Shown: in pieces, positions 41,234-59,604 of the stretch | Layout of the letters: each line of letters starts with the position of its first letter | How positions within the stretch are numbered: position 1 is the stretch's first letter | Origin: the human T2T-CHM13v2.0 reference genome, Homo sapiens | Length of the DNA: 64,000 nucleotides | Reading direction: 5' to 3' (one strand) | NCBI RefSeq assembly: GCF_009914755.1 | Contig: NC_060930.1 | Program-made: the position numbers and the translations under genes | The notes under the pieces: generated by a model | The model's input: only the letters and a program-made list of their open reading frames with translations | What the model was told of the DNA's origin: nothing | Database searches by the model: none

Positions 41234-44021
41234 GTATGAATACTAGGCAATTCTCTCTGTTATCCTCAAGTTTGCCTCTCTCTTCTGATTTACCCACAAT
41301 AAGAATGTAAAGTTTCTTTTGGTTAAGAGGGCTATATTGAGAAAAAATATTTTATGTTATATTGTCATTATTATTTCTACCTTCAGCTTTGATGCCAGTG
41401 AAAGAATAAATACTAACAAAGTATTTCATTCAATTCCCAAATGATAGTAAATATTATATGCTAAACCCTGAGAATTTAAGGGTGAATAGAAACAGTCCCC
41501 TCCATTGAATTATTTCTGTTTGGAAGGACAGGCCAAAAATAAGCTGTTATGGCATATAATAGCAATTTTTAGATATATGTATGATAAACTCTGAGAGAAC
41601 AGATGAAGCCAGGAAAAGCTTCATAGAGGAAGTGAAAAGTTGAGCCTTGAAGTGTGAATTTACCAGGTGAGCCAAGGGGTCAATGTATGTTGTGGTAGTT
41701 AGAGGGAGCATCATGGTAGTTTTAAAGGTCAAAGCAATTTGAGGAATAGTGAGAAATCCCATGTGGTTAATGAACACAGGTGAGAAGAATGTCTGGAGGT
41801 AGAGAAGACTTGAAAGTGTGGGCTGTTCTGAAAGGTCTTACTTGCTGGCATGAGGGGTTTGAACTTTATTCATATTTTAAAAAAAAGTGGAGGTGTAGTA
41901 GCAATAGCACTACATGCTAGAAAAAAACAGCTGAGCGCATATGCCATTGGGAAAATCTCAGCTTTCAATTAGGTCTAGGACCTCCCAGGCTGATCCTAAA
42001 GCAACAGTTGAGCTCTCGGACCCAAGGATACTTCAGAATTTAGAGGACCTTTTGCGGGCAGGGTTGGGTTTAATCCAGGGTTAAAAAAAAAAAAACCCTT
42101 TCCTGGCTGAGGGACACCAGAAAAAACTAACCTTCAATGTATCCTCATTTCTAAAGAGCAGACTGTCTAATTTATCCTTGGTTTTTGTTATCTGGATGGC
42201 ATCCAGTAGGGGGACTTGTTTTCAATGGGAAGTCGTTTACAATGCCACATTGAACTAGTGCTAATCAGATCAGGCGTGAGATTGTTAGAGGGTCATCCAA
42301 GCTTTGTTTTCCCATTAACAACCTATCTGCCTGAATCCCCTCAGCAAACACAAAAGGGCTAAGATTTCAGAGTCTCTGTGGCTGTGGAACTCCAACATCA
42401 TCAACCAGCCTGGGAGGAAGGCATTTCAGACAAACCCTCTAGGCCCTGCTAGCCAAATCGCTTGTAACTGACAGGTGATGGTGGGTGTCAGCTGGGAAAG
42501 AAATGACTTACTATAAACTCCAAGCATCTCTCACTTCACTCTCAGGAAATGTAACTTGTATCATATTTCTCTTCCTGGAAGATATTCAGCAAGTCAGAGG
42601 CCTCACTGATACTTGTAAATACGGAAGTTCTTCCTAAACCCTGCCTCACACTTACTCGGAATGGCAGAATTAATTTGGAAGCCAGTTCTTGATATTTAAA
42701 AATCGATTTTTTTCCATTTAGCCATTTAATTTTATAAGCAAAATTAAATAAATAAAGCTTGGTCTTGTTAAACAAATAAATAAAGCTTAGTCTTGTTAAA
42801 TATGATCTGGAAAATTCACTCTAGCTCTATCAAAATAGCACTTTGCTTTCAAGGCTTATGCTTTGAGCTGGTTGAAGAATTACCTCCGGAACCACTGTAA
42901 TCAGTAATTAAACTTTTTAAACACTTTGCTATGTGAATGTATCTCACACTCAATTTTTAGAACATCATTTATGAAATGAAATTTCTCTAGAATAACAATG
43001 TCATCTTGCTTTTCAGTTCATGAGCACTGAAATTATAAAAGTTTCTTCATCTTTTTTTTATATTTTAGTTCTTGTCTCACATTCCTTATTATTTATTTAA
43101 GCAAAAGATCAAACAGGAAACTGGTAATCATGAATTTTCTTCCTAATCCTTTCTTGTTCTGTAGCTTGGTTTATCCTTTCCTTTTTGTATATTTGAAACC
43201 GAACTGTTACTACACAGAGACGTAACCATATTACAAACTGTGGTTCTTTTAGGAACACTGAACAAAAACATCAAATTTGGACTTGCTATACAATGAAATT
43301 GCTAATTACTTAATATACTAATAAGTAAACAAATTTATGAGCTTCATTATTGTCTTTAAGTTTCTTGACAACAACCCACCAGGGCCTAGTCATGGAGAAT
43401 AAATGCAACCTACTGTCTGCTTCTATCTCCCCATAAAACAACTGTCAATAAATATGAGCATGTACTTTAAAATAGTGAATTAATTTTAAAATTTTCTGCT
43501 TTTCCCCAACTTTGTCATACTTACAATGCTAACCATTGGAAGGGAGTCTGAAAAGCAAAGTTTATCCTCTTAAGGCAGTTTTTATTGGCTTCTCATTAAT
43601 TGGACAGCCGGGAATGCTCATTATTTGTTCAGTTGATACCCTCTGTTGCTGGGAGACCAGATACTTCACCTTCATTAAGTTAACTTTGTAGATAACAATG
43701 GCAGGCCCTGATTTCACAATTCAGGGAATGAATAGAATGAAAGTTTACTGTGTGCCAGGAAAACCATAATGTAGGATTGGTGCAAAAGTTTCTCTTTCTT
43801 TCCATCATCATTTGAGATAGTCACATGATCATTATTTTCACGTTTGAATAAATTACTTATCTTTTAGTTACGTTACCATTCTACTGTTGTTCTTCCCAAA
43901 GTATGAAAATCCCAATGTATTACTTTTCATTAGGAAAATAAATACAGAGGTACTATTTATCAGAACACGTTTTACCTTTCTTCACATTACCTAGTTACTA
44001 GTATACATACTGTTCTCATGA

Positions 44022-44361
<340 letters not shown>

Positions 44362-44398
44362 TTAAATTACACTCATCTTTAAGGAAATGCTTGGTGAA

Positions 44399-44485
44399 CC
44401 ATGGCACATGTTTACCTATGTAACAAAACTGTGCATGCTGCACATGTACCCCAGGACTTAAAATAAAAATGAAAATTAAAAAGAA
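44399..44485 (+). mobile_element. Extremely 5'-truncated L1PA tail (about 87 bp)
   Basis: ccatggcacatgtttacctatgtaacaaa...ctgcacatgtacccc...acttaaaataaaa plus an A-rich tail; TSD A(G/A)GAAATG(C/T)TTGGTGAA. Confidence 0.88.
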
Positions 44486-45848
44486 AAGAAATGTTTGGTG
44501 AAAACTTCTAAGTTTTCTAGAAAATGATCTAAGGAATTAGAGAGAAAATATTCCTGATTTTTTTTCATCTTGTTTAGCATGGCTATCTTTTCCAAAATCC
44601 AATAGGCAGTAATTTCTATTTTGAAGTCATAACTGTGTGTTTTGTGATACTTCCTGATCTATGCTCAAAATATCATTAGAGGAAGGAACTATAATAATTT
44701 ACCTTTCAGGGCTACTAGCCACGTAGGATGTGCAAATGTCAGAATAAATACTTTGCTTGGAGCCCAAAATATGATTCATTGTTGTTGTTAATATTATAGT
44801 GTGATTGTAAACATTTTATTTATTCATTTCTTGAAATTAATATATTTACTTATATCCCTCCTTAATACTTATGAAAATAGAGACATTTTTCCCCTCATAG
44901 TGCCAAAATATTACTTTTAAGTCAGGTTGGTAATGATGAGGGGAATTTTATTCTTAACCAAAAAAGAAAGCTCAAAAAGATACAAGCAACTTGATACATT
45001 GGAAGAAACTAACCTTGGAATTAAAAGTCATAAGTTCAAGTTCCAACCTGACCTCTGGCAGAGTAAAGGTGAGGTAGTTATTTAACGTCTGCAGCTTTAA
45101 TTTCTCATTTATGAAGTGAGATGATTGATCTAAATTACTATCAAAGTCCCTTTCAGCTTTAGGAGTATAGAACTACAGGAAACTATGATGTGTGGTTTCT
45201 TATGACCAACACATTTCCAAGGACTTGAAGACTTCTATGAAGACACTTTTGGTGAAATATTGGAGCAGCTATTATATTTTGCTTCAGCCTGTAGAGATTT
45301 TAAACTTCTTTTTGAAATTAAGAAACTGATGTGTTTGTTAAGGACTTCTTTTTCTATCAAAGTTTTTGATTAACCTGCTTTAGAATCACATAGGATTTGA
45401 CTTTTCCATCTGTTGTTTTCCTGATGAATGTGATATAGCACAGTCTCATAAGGCCTCCACGTTAAGGCCTTATGCAAGATAACATAGATTTTATGCTGAG
45501 CAACGTAAGTGTTAAGCACTTACTAGGACTGGTTATAGGCATCATTGTGGATTTTCATGAATGGAACAAATCTTTATGGATGCTTCCTATATGCAAGGTA
45601 CTAGTCTAGATGCTTGATTTACAGCCACAAGTCTTGCAGGACCCTGTTTTTGTGGAAATCACATTCCACAAAACGGGCAATAAATATGTAAACCAATAAT
45701 TCTTAAAAAGTCAGGTAGGCACAAACCTATGAAGAAAACAGAACAAGGTAATGTGTTAGATGGTGACTAGGGTGAGGACAATCTTAGACCGTTCAAGGGA
45801 AGTGATATTTGAGCTGAGACCTGAACAGTAAGGAAAAGCCATCTAAAT

Positions 45849-46071
45849 CAAGGGTGTCGAATCTTTTGGCTTCCCTGAGCCACTTTGGAAGAAGAAGAAT
45901 TGTCTTGGACCACACATGAAATATACTAACAGTAATGATAGCTGATGAGCTAAAAAAAAATCACAAAAAAATCTCATAATGTTTTAAGAAAGTTTACAAC
46001 TTTGTGTTTGGGCTGCTTCAAAGCCATCCTGAGCTGCATGTGGCCAGTGGGCGGTGAGTTGAGTAATCTTG
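45849..46071 (+). mobile_element. MER30 hAT MITE
   Basis: caagggtgtcgaatcttttggcttccctg...gagtaatcttg with an 8-bp TSD ATCTAAAT/ATGTAAAT. Confidence 0.92.
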
Positions 46072-46540
46072 ATGTAAATGAAGACCTCTGGGAAAGACTG
46101 TCCCAGGAGAGGAAACAGGAAGTACAAAGGCCCAAGGTCTCAATGAGCCTAGTGTGTTCAAGGAACAAAACTCAAGTCATTGTGCCTGGAGCCTGGGTGC
46201 CACACAGAGACTGGAATAGGAGATGATGTGTCAGAGGAAGGCAGGAGTCAGATCACATCATACCTTATGAGTCATGGTCAGAGAAATGCATCTTATTCTA
46301 GGAACCATGCAACACTTTTAGAAGGTTATAAGTAAGGGAGGGACCTGGTCTGATTTTAAAAGCTCATTCTAGCTGCTATGTGCAGGCCAGACTGTAAGGA
46401 AAGGCAAAGAAGGAGGACAATCAGGACACTATAACAGGAGTCCTGGGGAGAGATGGTGGCCGCTTGGGATAGCATGGTGATAGTGGAGATGGAGAGAAGT
46501 AGCCAGAGTCAAGATCTGTTTTGGTGATAAAAACAGTAAG

Positions 46541-46977
<437 letters not shown>

Positions 46978-49019
46978 TTATTGAGATGTGGAATCCTTGT
47001 GGAGGGATGTTCTGACGCAGCAATATAAAACGTTCAATTTCAGTTATTTAATTACAATGCCTTTCCCCTCCACGTGGAGATGCCTACTAAGGACTTAGGT
47101 ATGTAAGTCCAGAGCACAGGAGAGAGAAATAGACAAGGTTTATCTTGGTTGCATCTCACATCCCCTCCTTTTTGGAACTTTCCTCCCAAACTCCCACTGC
47201 CTTAAGGTGACACATTTGCTGCCCAAGACTCAGCATCTCATCTCTGTCTGTCTAACTCAGGAGAGCTTCCTTCTCTGGATTTGTTCTCTCTCTGTGTCTT
47301 CCCTCTTAGAACTTTGCTTCATAGCAGTCCCCACAGATCTCTGCTCTGTGCTTTCCAAGGTGAGAATTAATTATTACATAGTTTGTTAGTAATGTGTGAC
47401 CGACTTTTTGGGACTATCTTAATATTAACAGAGCTTGTGTTTTATAAACACGAGGATTTTCCAGACAGGAAGAAAGCTCTAAAAGTAGATAATTAGGTGT
47501 TTTGGCTTGTTAATGAAAGCACTTCATAGTTAGGAAGAATGTTGAATGTACAATCTATTTAATAACAATTATACAAATATAGAGTGATCAAATGCTTCCT
47601 CTATCTCATGCCAAGATCTTTTCTGTAATACAGAAAACTTTTAGGTTTTATTCTGTTTGTATTTCCTAATGGTTTTAAGTAAATTTTGACCAGAAAAAAA
47701 ATTTTCATTAATCAGATAGGAAAAAATCTAGAGAATGAAGTTAATATGGAATTTGGACAAATATAATTCATTCTTAAAGTCCTATACAGTGGAATTGCTT
47801 CAGAGTTAATAAAATGTTATTTTTTATCCAACTCCATGTATATTACTACTAGTAACTTTGTAATTAGATATTCCATTTTAAGTAAATGGGTGAAATATTG
47901 TCATAGGTATGTTTTTATTTGAAAGTTTTTTGTTTTGCTTTTTCTCCTAATGCTTCAGTGATTTACTTATTATAAAGGCTATAGGTTGGGAGTTCTAGAC
48001 TTTTGCAACTTAATTTTTACCTACCAAAATAGAAAAAATAATATTTGTTAGTGCCCTTTTAGGTGTGTGAGGGGGTGCAGTATGTGCCAATTCTCCCTCA
48101 TCTCTGTCCTTGAAGAATATAGGGATAATTTATAGGTCACATCAGAGGTTAGGGTTATTTTTCCCAAGATGGGAATAGTTGTAATTTTTAAAAACCTGAT
48201 CATCAGCACAATTCATGCCCCTTGCAAAAACTGAGAAAGTAGAGAAAATATAAAGAAAAAAATAAAAATCTTTCTTAATCTTAACACCAAGAAAGAAACA
48301 TTTTAATGTTAAGATTTTTATGAAATAAATGTTTTATTAGGGTCAAAGCCTCACTGGCAGTGGTTCTGACACCTGGACACTGCTTGTACTATAGTTAGTC
48401 ATTTTTAAGGAGCGCTATTTCTGATCCCCTGGTCACTTCCCCGAAGTTTCATATGGTTTTCTTCCATTTTATGATTAAACAGGGGGCTGCTGTACATAGA
48501 GAATGTCAGAGAGCAGATGCAAGCTACATTTTATATTTCTGCAACATTGAAGTGAATTACAAGTTTAAAGGAATCCAAGATATATGAATTACAAGGCTTC
48601 AGAGATACTCCAGATTACATCTAGAGCTGGCTCCCTCCCTCAGAGGCCAGTGTGAAGTGGACTCCCAGGCAGCAATTTTCCCTTGACATGCCTGGAGCAC
48701 TTCGACCAACTTTAGTTTGACTGTATGATGTTTAGTTAGCCATATTTTGAAAATATTGATTTTATATTGAACATTTTGTTAATCTGATATACTTGTGCCC
48801 TCATAGGCCCATGAATATCTAGATGACCTTAATTAATGTGTAGAAAAGTAGACAATTTAAAAAAAGGATAAATTACACTTAAATTTCACTGAGTCTAGGC
48901 TCTTCAAATGTAGGTTAGTATTAATTTATGTGGATAAAATTTTTATTTATGACATTGAACTACATACAACATGTATAAAATGGAGGGAAGGCAGGAAACA
49001 TCCCATTGAGAATTTCTAG

Positions 49020-50637
49020 TCATATATATATATTCATCTATATATTCATATGTATATTCATATGTATATTCATATATATATTCATATGTATATTCATATA
49101 TATGATATATATCATATATACATATGATATATACATGATATATATGATATATATGATACATATGATATATATGATATATATGATACATATGATATATATG
49201 ATATATATATGATACAAATGATATATATGATATATATATGATACAAATGATATATATGATATATATATGATACAAATGATATATATGATATATATGATAT
49301 ATATCAGATATATATATCATATATATCATTTGTATCATATATATATCATATATATCATATGTATCATATATATCATGTATATATCATATATATCATATAT
49401 ATCATATATGTATTCATATATATCATATATATTCATATATAATATATATTCATATATCATATATATTCATATATATCATATATATTCATATATATATCAT
49501 ATATATTCATATATATCATATATATTCATATATATATCATATATATTCATATATATATTCATATATATATCATATATATTCATATATATATTCATATATA
49601 TCATATATATTCATAGACATATCATATATATTCATAGGCATATCATATATTCATAGACATATCATATATATTCATAGACATATCATATATTCATATACAT
49701 ATATATCACATATGTATCACATATATATCACATATGTATCACGTATATATTCATATACGTATCACATATATTCATATATATATCACATATATTCATATAT
49801 AATATATCCATATGTATTATATATCCATATATGTCATATATCATATCATATATCATATATATCATATATCATATATCATATATATCATATATCATATATC
49901 ATATAATCATATATCATATATCTATATATATCATATATCATAATCATATATATCATATATATCATATATATCATATATATCATATATATCATATATATCA
50001 TATATATCATATATATCATATATATCATATATATCATATATATCATATATCATATATATCATATATATCATATATATCATATATATCATATATATCATAT
50101 ATATCATATATCATATATATCATATATATCATATATATCATATATATCATATATCATATATATCATATATATTCATATATTCATATATATCATATATATT
50201 CATATATTCATATATATTCATATATTCATATATTCATATATATTCATATATATTCATATATTCATATATATTCATATATATTCATATATTCATATATATT
50301 CATATATATTCATATATTCATATATATTCATATATATTCATATATTCATATATATTCATGTATATTCATATATATTCATATATATATTCGTATATATTCA
50401 TATATATTCGCACATAGATTCGTATATGTATATAGATTCGTATACGTATATAGATTCGTATATATTCGTATATAGATTCGTATATATTCGTATGTAGATT
50501 CGTATATATTCGTATGTAGATTCGTATATATTCGTATGTAGATTCGTATATGTATATTCGTATGTAGATTCGTATATGTATATTCGTATGTAGATTCGTA
50601 TATATATTCGTATGTAGATTCGTATATATATTTATAT
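49020..50637. repeat. About 1.6-kb AT-rich compound minisatellite/low-complexity array (TATATTCA, ATATATG, ATATATC, ATATC and TATGTAGATTCG units)
   Basis: Direct reading; it generates the I/Y/H/S-rich spurious ORFs. Confidence 0.97.
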
Positions 50638-51222
50638 GAATGAACTTAGCAAGTAAGGATCAGCGATATTTTTCTTACTGGGAGTATCACTGAATAAGCA
50701 ATGGATAGGATTTCTTATAGGAAATTACACTCCATTCAAAATATTCAAGCATGGATATCTTAGACATAGCAAGCTGTCATTATATCTCTCTGGTAACCCA
50801 ATATGGCCTCTTTTATAACAGAAATTTTGGCAAGACCCAGAGAAACTATTCTGTGTCACGTTAAGTGTTTGTGCTTGTGTGGTATAAACAACAAGCATAG
50901 TTTGTAAGAGTAGATTTTTTTTTAATATTTTATTTTTAAAATGCAGAAGTTTTTCTTCAAATAGCATAATCTTGGCAAGCAAAATCATATTTGGTCTTGA
51001 AAGCACAATATAAATTTCTGAAAGGGAAATATAGTAATTATAAAGATTTTCATTCATTATAAACTTAGATTAAAATCAATTATTCCTTAAATATAGCTAA
51101 ATTTATTTCAATGTATATTTTAAAATATAATTGTTATATATAAATATTGATAATACTCTTATTTTTTTGTCACAGCAGAAACTACTCATGAGATGCAAAA
51201 ATATTTTCAGCTTTTGAACTAG

Positions 51223-51558
<336 letters not shown>

Positions 51559-51879
51559 TCTATTTAGTTTTTGTTTATTAAACATCAAAGTATCATATCA
51601 AAATTCAGTACATCTCTGTCTTTCATTTGCTGGATCACTCACTCATTCAACAGATAAAGTGCCCTGTTGGGACTGCACTTAGGCTTTGTGAGTGATACAA
51701 AGTATGTTAAATGCTGTCCTTGCTTTCAAAGAGCTTTCAGTCTTAACAACAGATGGACTGGTGACTGCATGACTATCATCCTAAGTAGAAAATGAAGAGA
51801 AAAAATGTTTTTATTATCTTTTGCTTTGTAAGAAACCACTACAAAACTTAGTGGCTAAAAATAACAATTTGTTATTTCT

Positions 51880-56185
<4,306 letters not shown>

Positions 56186-56686
56186 AAATAAAGCTAAAAT
56201 ATCCATGTTATATTTAGCATGGTCTTCAGTTGGGACTAAGAAATCAGTATTAGGAACTCATTTGCAAGAATTTAATATGAAAAAGTTTCTTTGGAAAATA
56301 TTTGTTTACTTATTACTGGTGTTCTTTAAAATTCTCTGTACCTCTCTCTACTAACAAAATCAAGTCATACCATTTTATTTCCTTGATAAATCTCTACTGT
56401 TTGTCAGACTGCAGTGAATTCTGAGATTTTCTTCTGTTCAATATCTTGTTGAATAAGGAAATGTCACAATTTAATACTGTAATCTCTTCACTCATTTTTA
56501 TACACTCCAAACTTTAACAACACTGTACCAGAAGATTTTTTAAAAGGAAAGAGAAAAGTGCATAAGTTACACATTTACTGAGAAAAATATGACTGAGATA
56601 TTGTGTTACACAGAACTTTATACCTAGATTTTATTTTCTTGCAATCTCCAGTTTCCCCACAAAAGTTCTTTGTTTTCCTCCCACAG

Positions 56687-56810
56687 TAAGATATTTCCCA
56701 AAGGCCTTCCTGAGGAGTACTCAGTAGCTGCCATGTTTCGAGTACGAAGAAACGCCAAAAAGGAACGGTGGTTTCTGTGGCAGGTTTTAAACCAGCAGAA
56801 TATTCCACAG
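56687..56810 (+). CDS. COL19A1: COL19A1 coding exon, 124 nt, (I)KIFPKGLPEEYSVAAMFRVRRNAKKERWFLWQVLNQQNIPQ
   Basis: Pyrimidine tract plus CCACAG acceptor; CAG|GTAAAG donor; phase 2-0; IFPxGLPxEYS...FR...WxLWQ is the TSPN signature. Confidence 0.95.
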
Positions 56811-57933
56811 GTAAAGTACCATTAGAGTTGTGCTCATTAGTTTTCCTTGTGTAATTAAGCCAGGTGAATTATTTGAACTGGTGCACAAATTTGCGAGTAG
56901 ATCTAGTATCCAAATGTTCTATCCTTTAGAGGGATCATCAACAAGAAAATGCAAGTATTCTCGTAGTTAGGATGGCCTTGCTGAGATCCATAATATGAGA
57001 GTATAGTGGTAAACATAGTGTTAGTTTTTGTTTTTATTTTACTTCTAGGTCCATATTTTGTTTAAAGATGTAAAACTGCCTTCTCTTTACAACTGCTTCA
57101 TTAACTAATTCTTTCTAAGTAACACATTCTTCATCTTCCTTCTGTCGTCTCTAATGTTATATATTATTTTTAAAGCAGTTTATCATTTCATTGGACAACT
57201 CTTGGTGAATAAAGAGTTGAGACTTAAATATTTATCCCATCAATAAAAATTTATGGAACACATACTATATACTAGGTAGTGACAAGAAAAGAGATCTGAA
57301 AAACAGAATTTGTATTATCAGGGAGCATAAGGCGTAAGGAGATGACATCTAGGAGAACAACATAATATAGCATAATTATGTTGAACAAGTGCAGTGGTAG
57401 AGTTAAGCTTAGTGTTGGGTGTGGACAATGGGAGCACCGAAAGGGCAGCTCATCGGAATTGGGGGATGGAGAGAGCAGGAATCTAGGAGAGCATATAGAA
57501 GAGATGGCGTTTGGGCTGCAAAGAAGGAATGCTGGCACTCCAGCGAGGGGAGAGGAACCTCAAAATTACTTGTTGGCACCATACATTAGTTTTTACTTGT
57601 GTACATATCCGTTGAAATGTTTTAAATCATCACTGATCTTTTAATCTGTTAATACAGCTACAATTTTATGATGAGTAGATCAACCAAGAGTATGTCCTCT
57701 ATAAAATGTGTTTTCTCTGTACCTTGCAAAGTATCAATGGTGAAAGAATTGATCTTAGCTTCCCTACTTAGGGAAATGATCACATTCTTAGTCTTCTTAA
57801 ATTGGTAACCTTAAATTCCTGTGTTACTAATACAGAGCAATAATTTATATATCTTATAAAATTTTATCTATAGTGTATATAAATTATGTATATATAAACT
57901 TATAAATGGTTTATATAAACATTTAAAATAACT

Positions 57934-57957
57934 ACACACACACACACACACACACAC
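57934..57957. repeat. (CA)n microsatellite, about 12 units, after an AT-rich patch
   Basis: Direct reading. Confidence 0.9.
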
Positions 57958-58200
57958 TCTTAGATGTTCTCTTAGGAAGGAGCATATTACATTCACCAGA
58001 ATGCCCCATTTCTAAACCATTTTTGTAGTGGTGTTTGCTGTTCTTTTATTTTAACAAACCTGGTGGACACAAGTGTCATCTAAAATATTTTACTAAGTGC
58101 CTCAGTTATACTAATATGCATCTTGAGCTTTTCTTTGTGTGCTTTAATAATTTTGAACATTGATTTTTAAAACATTTAAAGATACTTTACATTTTTGCAG

Positions 58201-58476
58201 ATTTCTATAGTAGTTGATGGTGGAAAGAAGGTGGTGGAATTTATGTTTCAAGCCACAGAGGGAGATGTGTTGAACTACATTTTTAGAAATCGAGAACTCC
58301 GTCCTTTGTTTGATCGTCAGTGGCACAAACTTGGCATTAGTATACAATCCCAGGTCATTTCACTTTATATGGATTGTAATTTAATTGCGAGGAGGCAGAC
58401 TGATGAAAAGGACACTGTGGATTTCCATGGACGGACAGTTATTGCTACGCGAGCTTCAGATGGCAAGCCTGTGGAT
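58201..58476 (+). CDS. COL19A1: COL19A1 coding exon, 276 nt, ISIVVDGGKKVVEFMF...LFDRQWHKLGISIQSQVISLYMDC...DGKPVD
   Basis: TTTTTGCAG acceptor; GAT|GTAAGT donor; phase 0-0; LFDxxWHK...LYxDC is the LamG/TSPN motif; lies within ORF 58195..58596. Confidence 0.96.
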
Positions 58477-59313
58477 GTAAGTTGTGATGTTAGTTGTGAA
58501 AGAGAACTAAAATTTCTAAGTAAAAAAAAAAATCTTATTAAAAACATTCTTCTTTTATTACTGTGTAATAGATTCCATTCTCATCAATTTTATTAATTTA
58601 ATTAATTTGCCGTCAGATGTGTGAAGAACAGCTATGTTATTTCCAATTGTATTTTCACATGTATTATTTTCACTCCATTTTATACCCATTTTCTCCAGCC
58701 TGGGAATTTAAAATAATTAGGTCATGCCTTAAAAAATTAGATTATTAAAAGTAAAAATTGAAAATATGATACAAAATATAATCTTGGTCTAAGTTCATAT
58801 GTTTTAAATAGAAAGGGCTGGAAAAAGCTGAAGTTCAAATTAAATGGTTCCAGGTTATCTGCTATTTTCATTCAAGAACAATAGACTATTCATCCTTACA
58901 ATAGCAATTACTTTGTATTGCAGACTATTTTTTATAAGCGTATAATGGTTTTTCAGGGTTCTATTGTACAGAAAAATTCACTAAATGTATTAGTAGGTCA
59001 TTTGAAAGAGAAAAATTGCCTAGTAAAACCCTTTTGGATAAAAAGTTACTTTAAATATTACATTTGAAGCTAACATGATATAGATTTATTATTGATTTCC
59101 CTAGAGAACAAGGTCTGTAATCTTAAAAAAGTTAGATATATCTAAATTTGATGGCTGCACGTTTTCTTAGTTTATTATGTATAAACAGTTTATAGTTTAT
59201 TTCTTAGAGTTTTTGCAAGAATGAGATCCAGTCTTGGACCTCAATCTAAGAAGATTGAGTGTTCTATGTCCTGTGTCTCATTAACTTCTCACCCAAGGAT
59301 AGAATTGATCCCG

Positions 59314-59604
59314 GGCTAGGCGCAGTGGCTCATGCCTGTAATCCCAGCACTTTGGGAGGCCGAGGTGGGCAGATGACGAGGTCAGGAGATCGAGACCATC
59401 CTGGCTAACATGGTGAAACCCTGTCTCTACTAAAAATACAAAAAATTAGCCAGATGTGGTGGCACACGCCTGTAATCCCAGCTACTCGGGAGGCTGAGGC
59501 AGGAGGGGGAGGTTACAATGAGCCAAGATCATGCCACTGCACTCCAGCTTGAGCGACAGAGCAAGACTTTGTCTCAAAAAACAAAAAACAAACAAACAAA
59601 CAAA
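59314..59604 (+). mobile_element. AluS (Sc-like) with a right-arm deletion and an (AAAC)n tail
   Basis: Alu dimer; TSD AGAATTGATCCC. Confidence 0.95.

Noticed and set aside
48943-50475. Long I/Y/H/S-rich ORFs (up to 214 aa)
   Set aside because: These are translations of the AT-rich array, whose units lack stop codons; there are no splice signals or coding complexity.
58477-58596. ORF extensions beyond the exon donors (here and at 7784-7875) as alternative C-termini
   Set aside because: Canonical donors and in-frame downstream exons explain the gene. The extensions are low-complexity intron read-through, and nothing in the sequence supports them.
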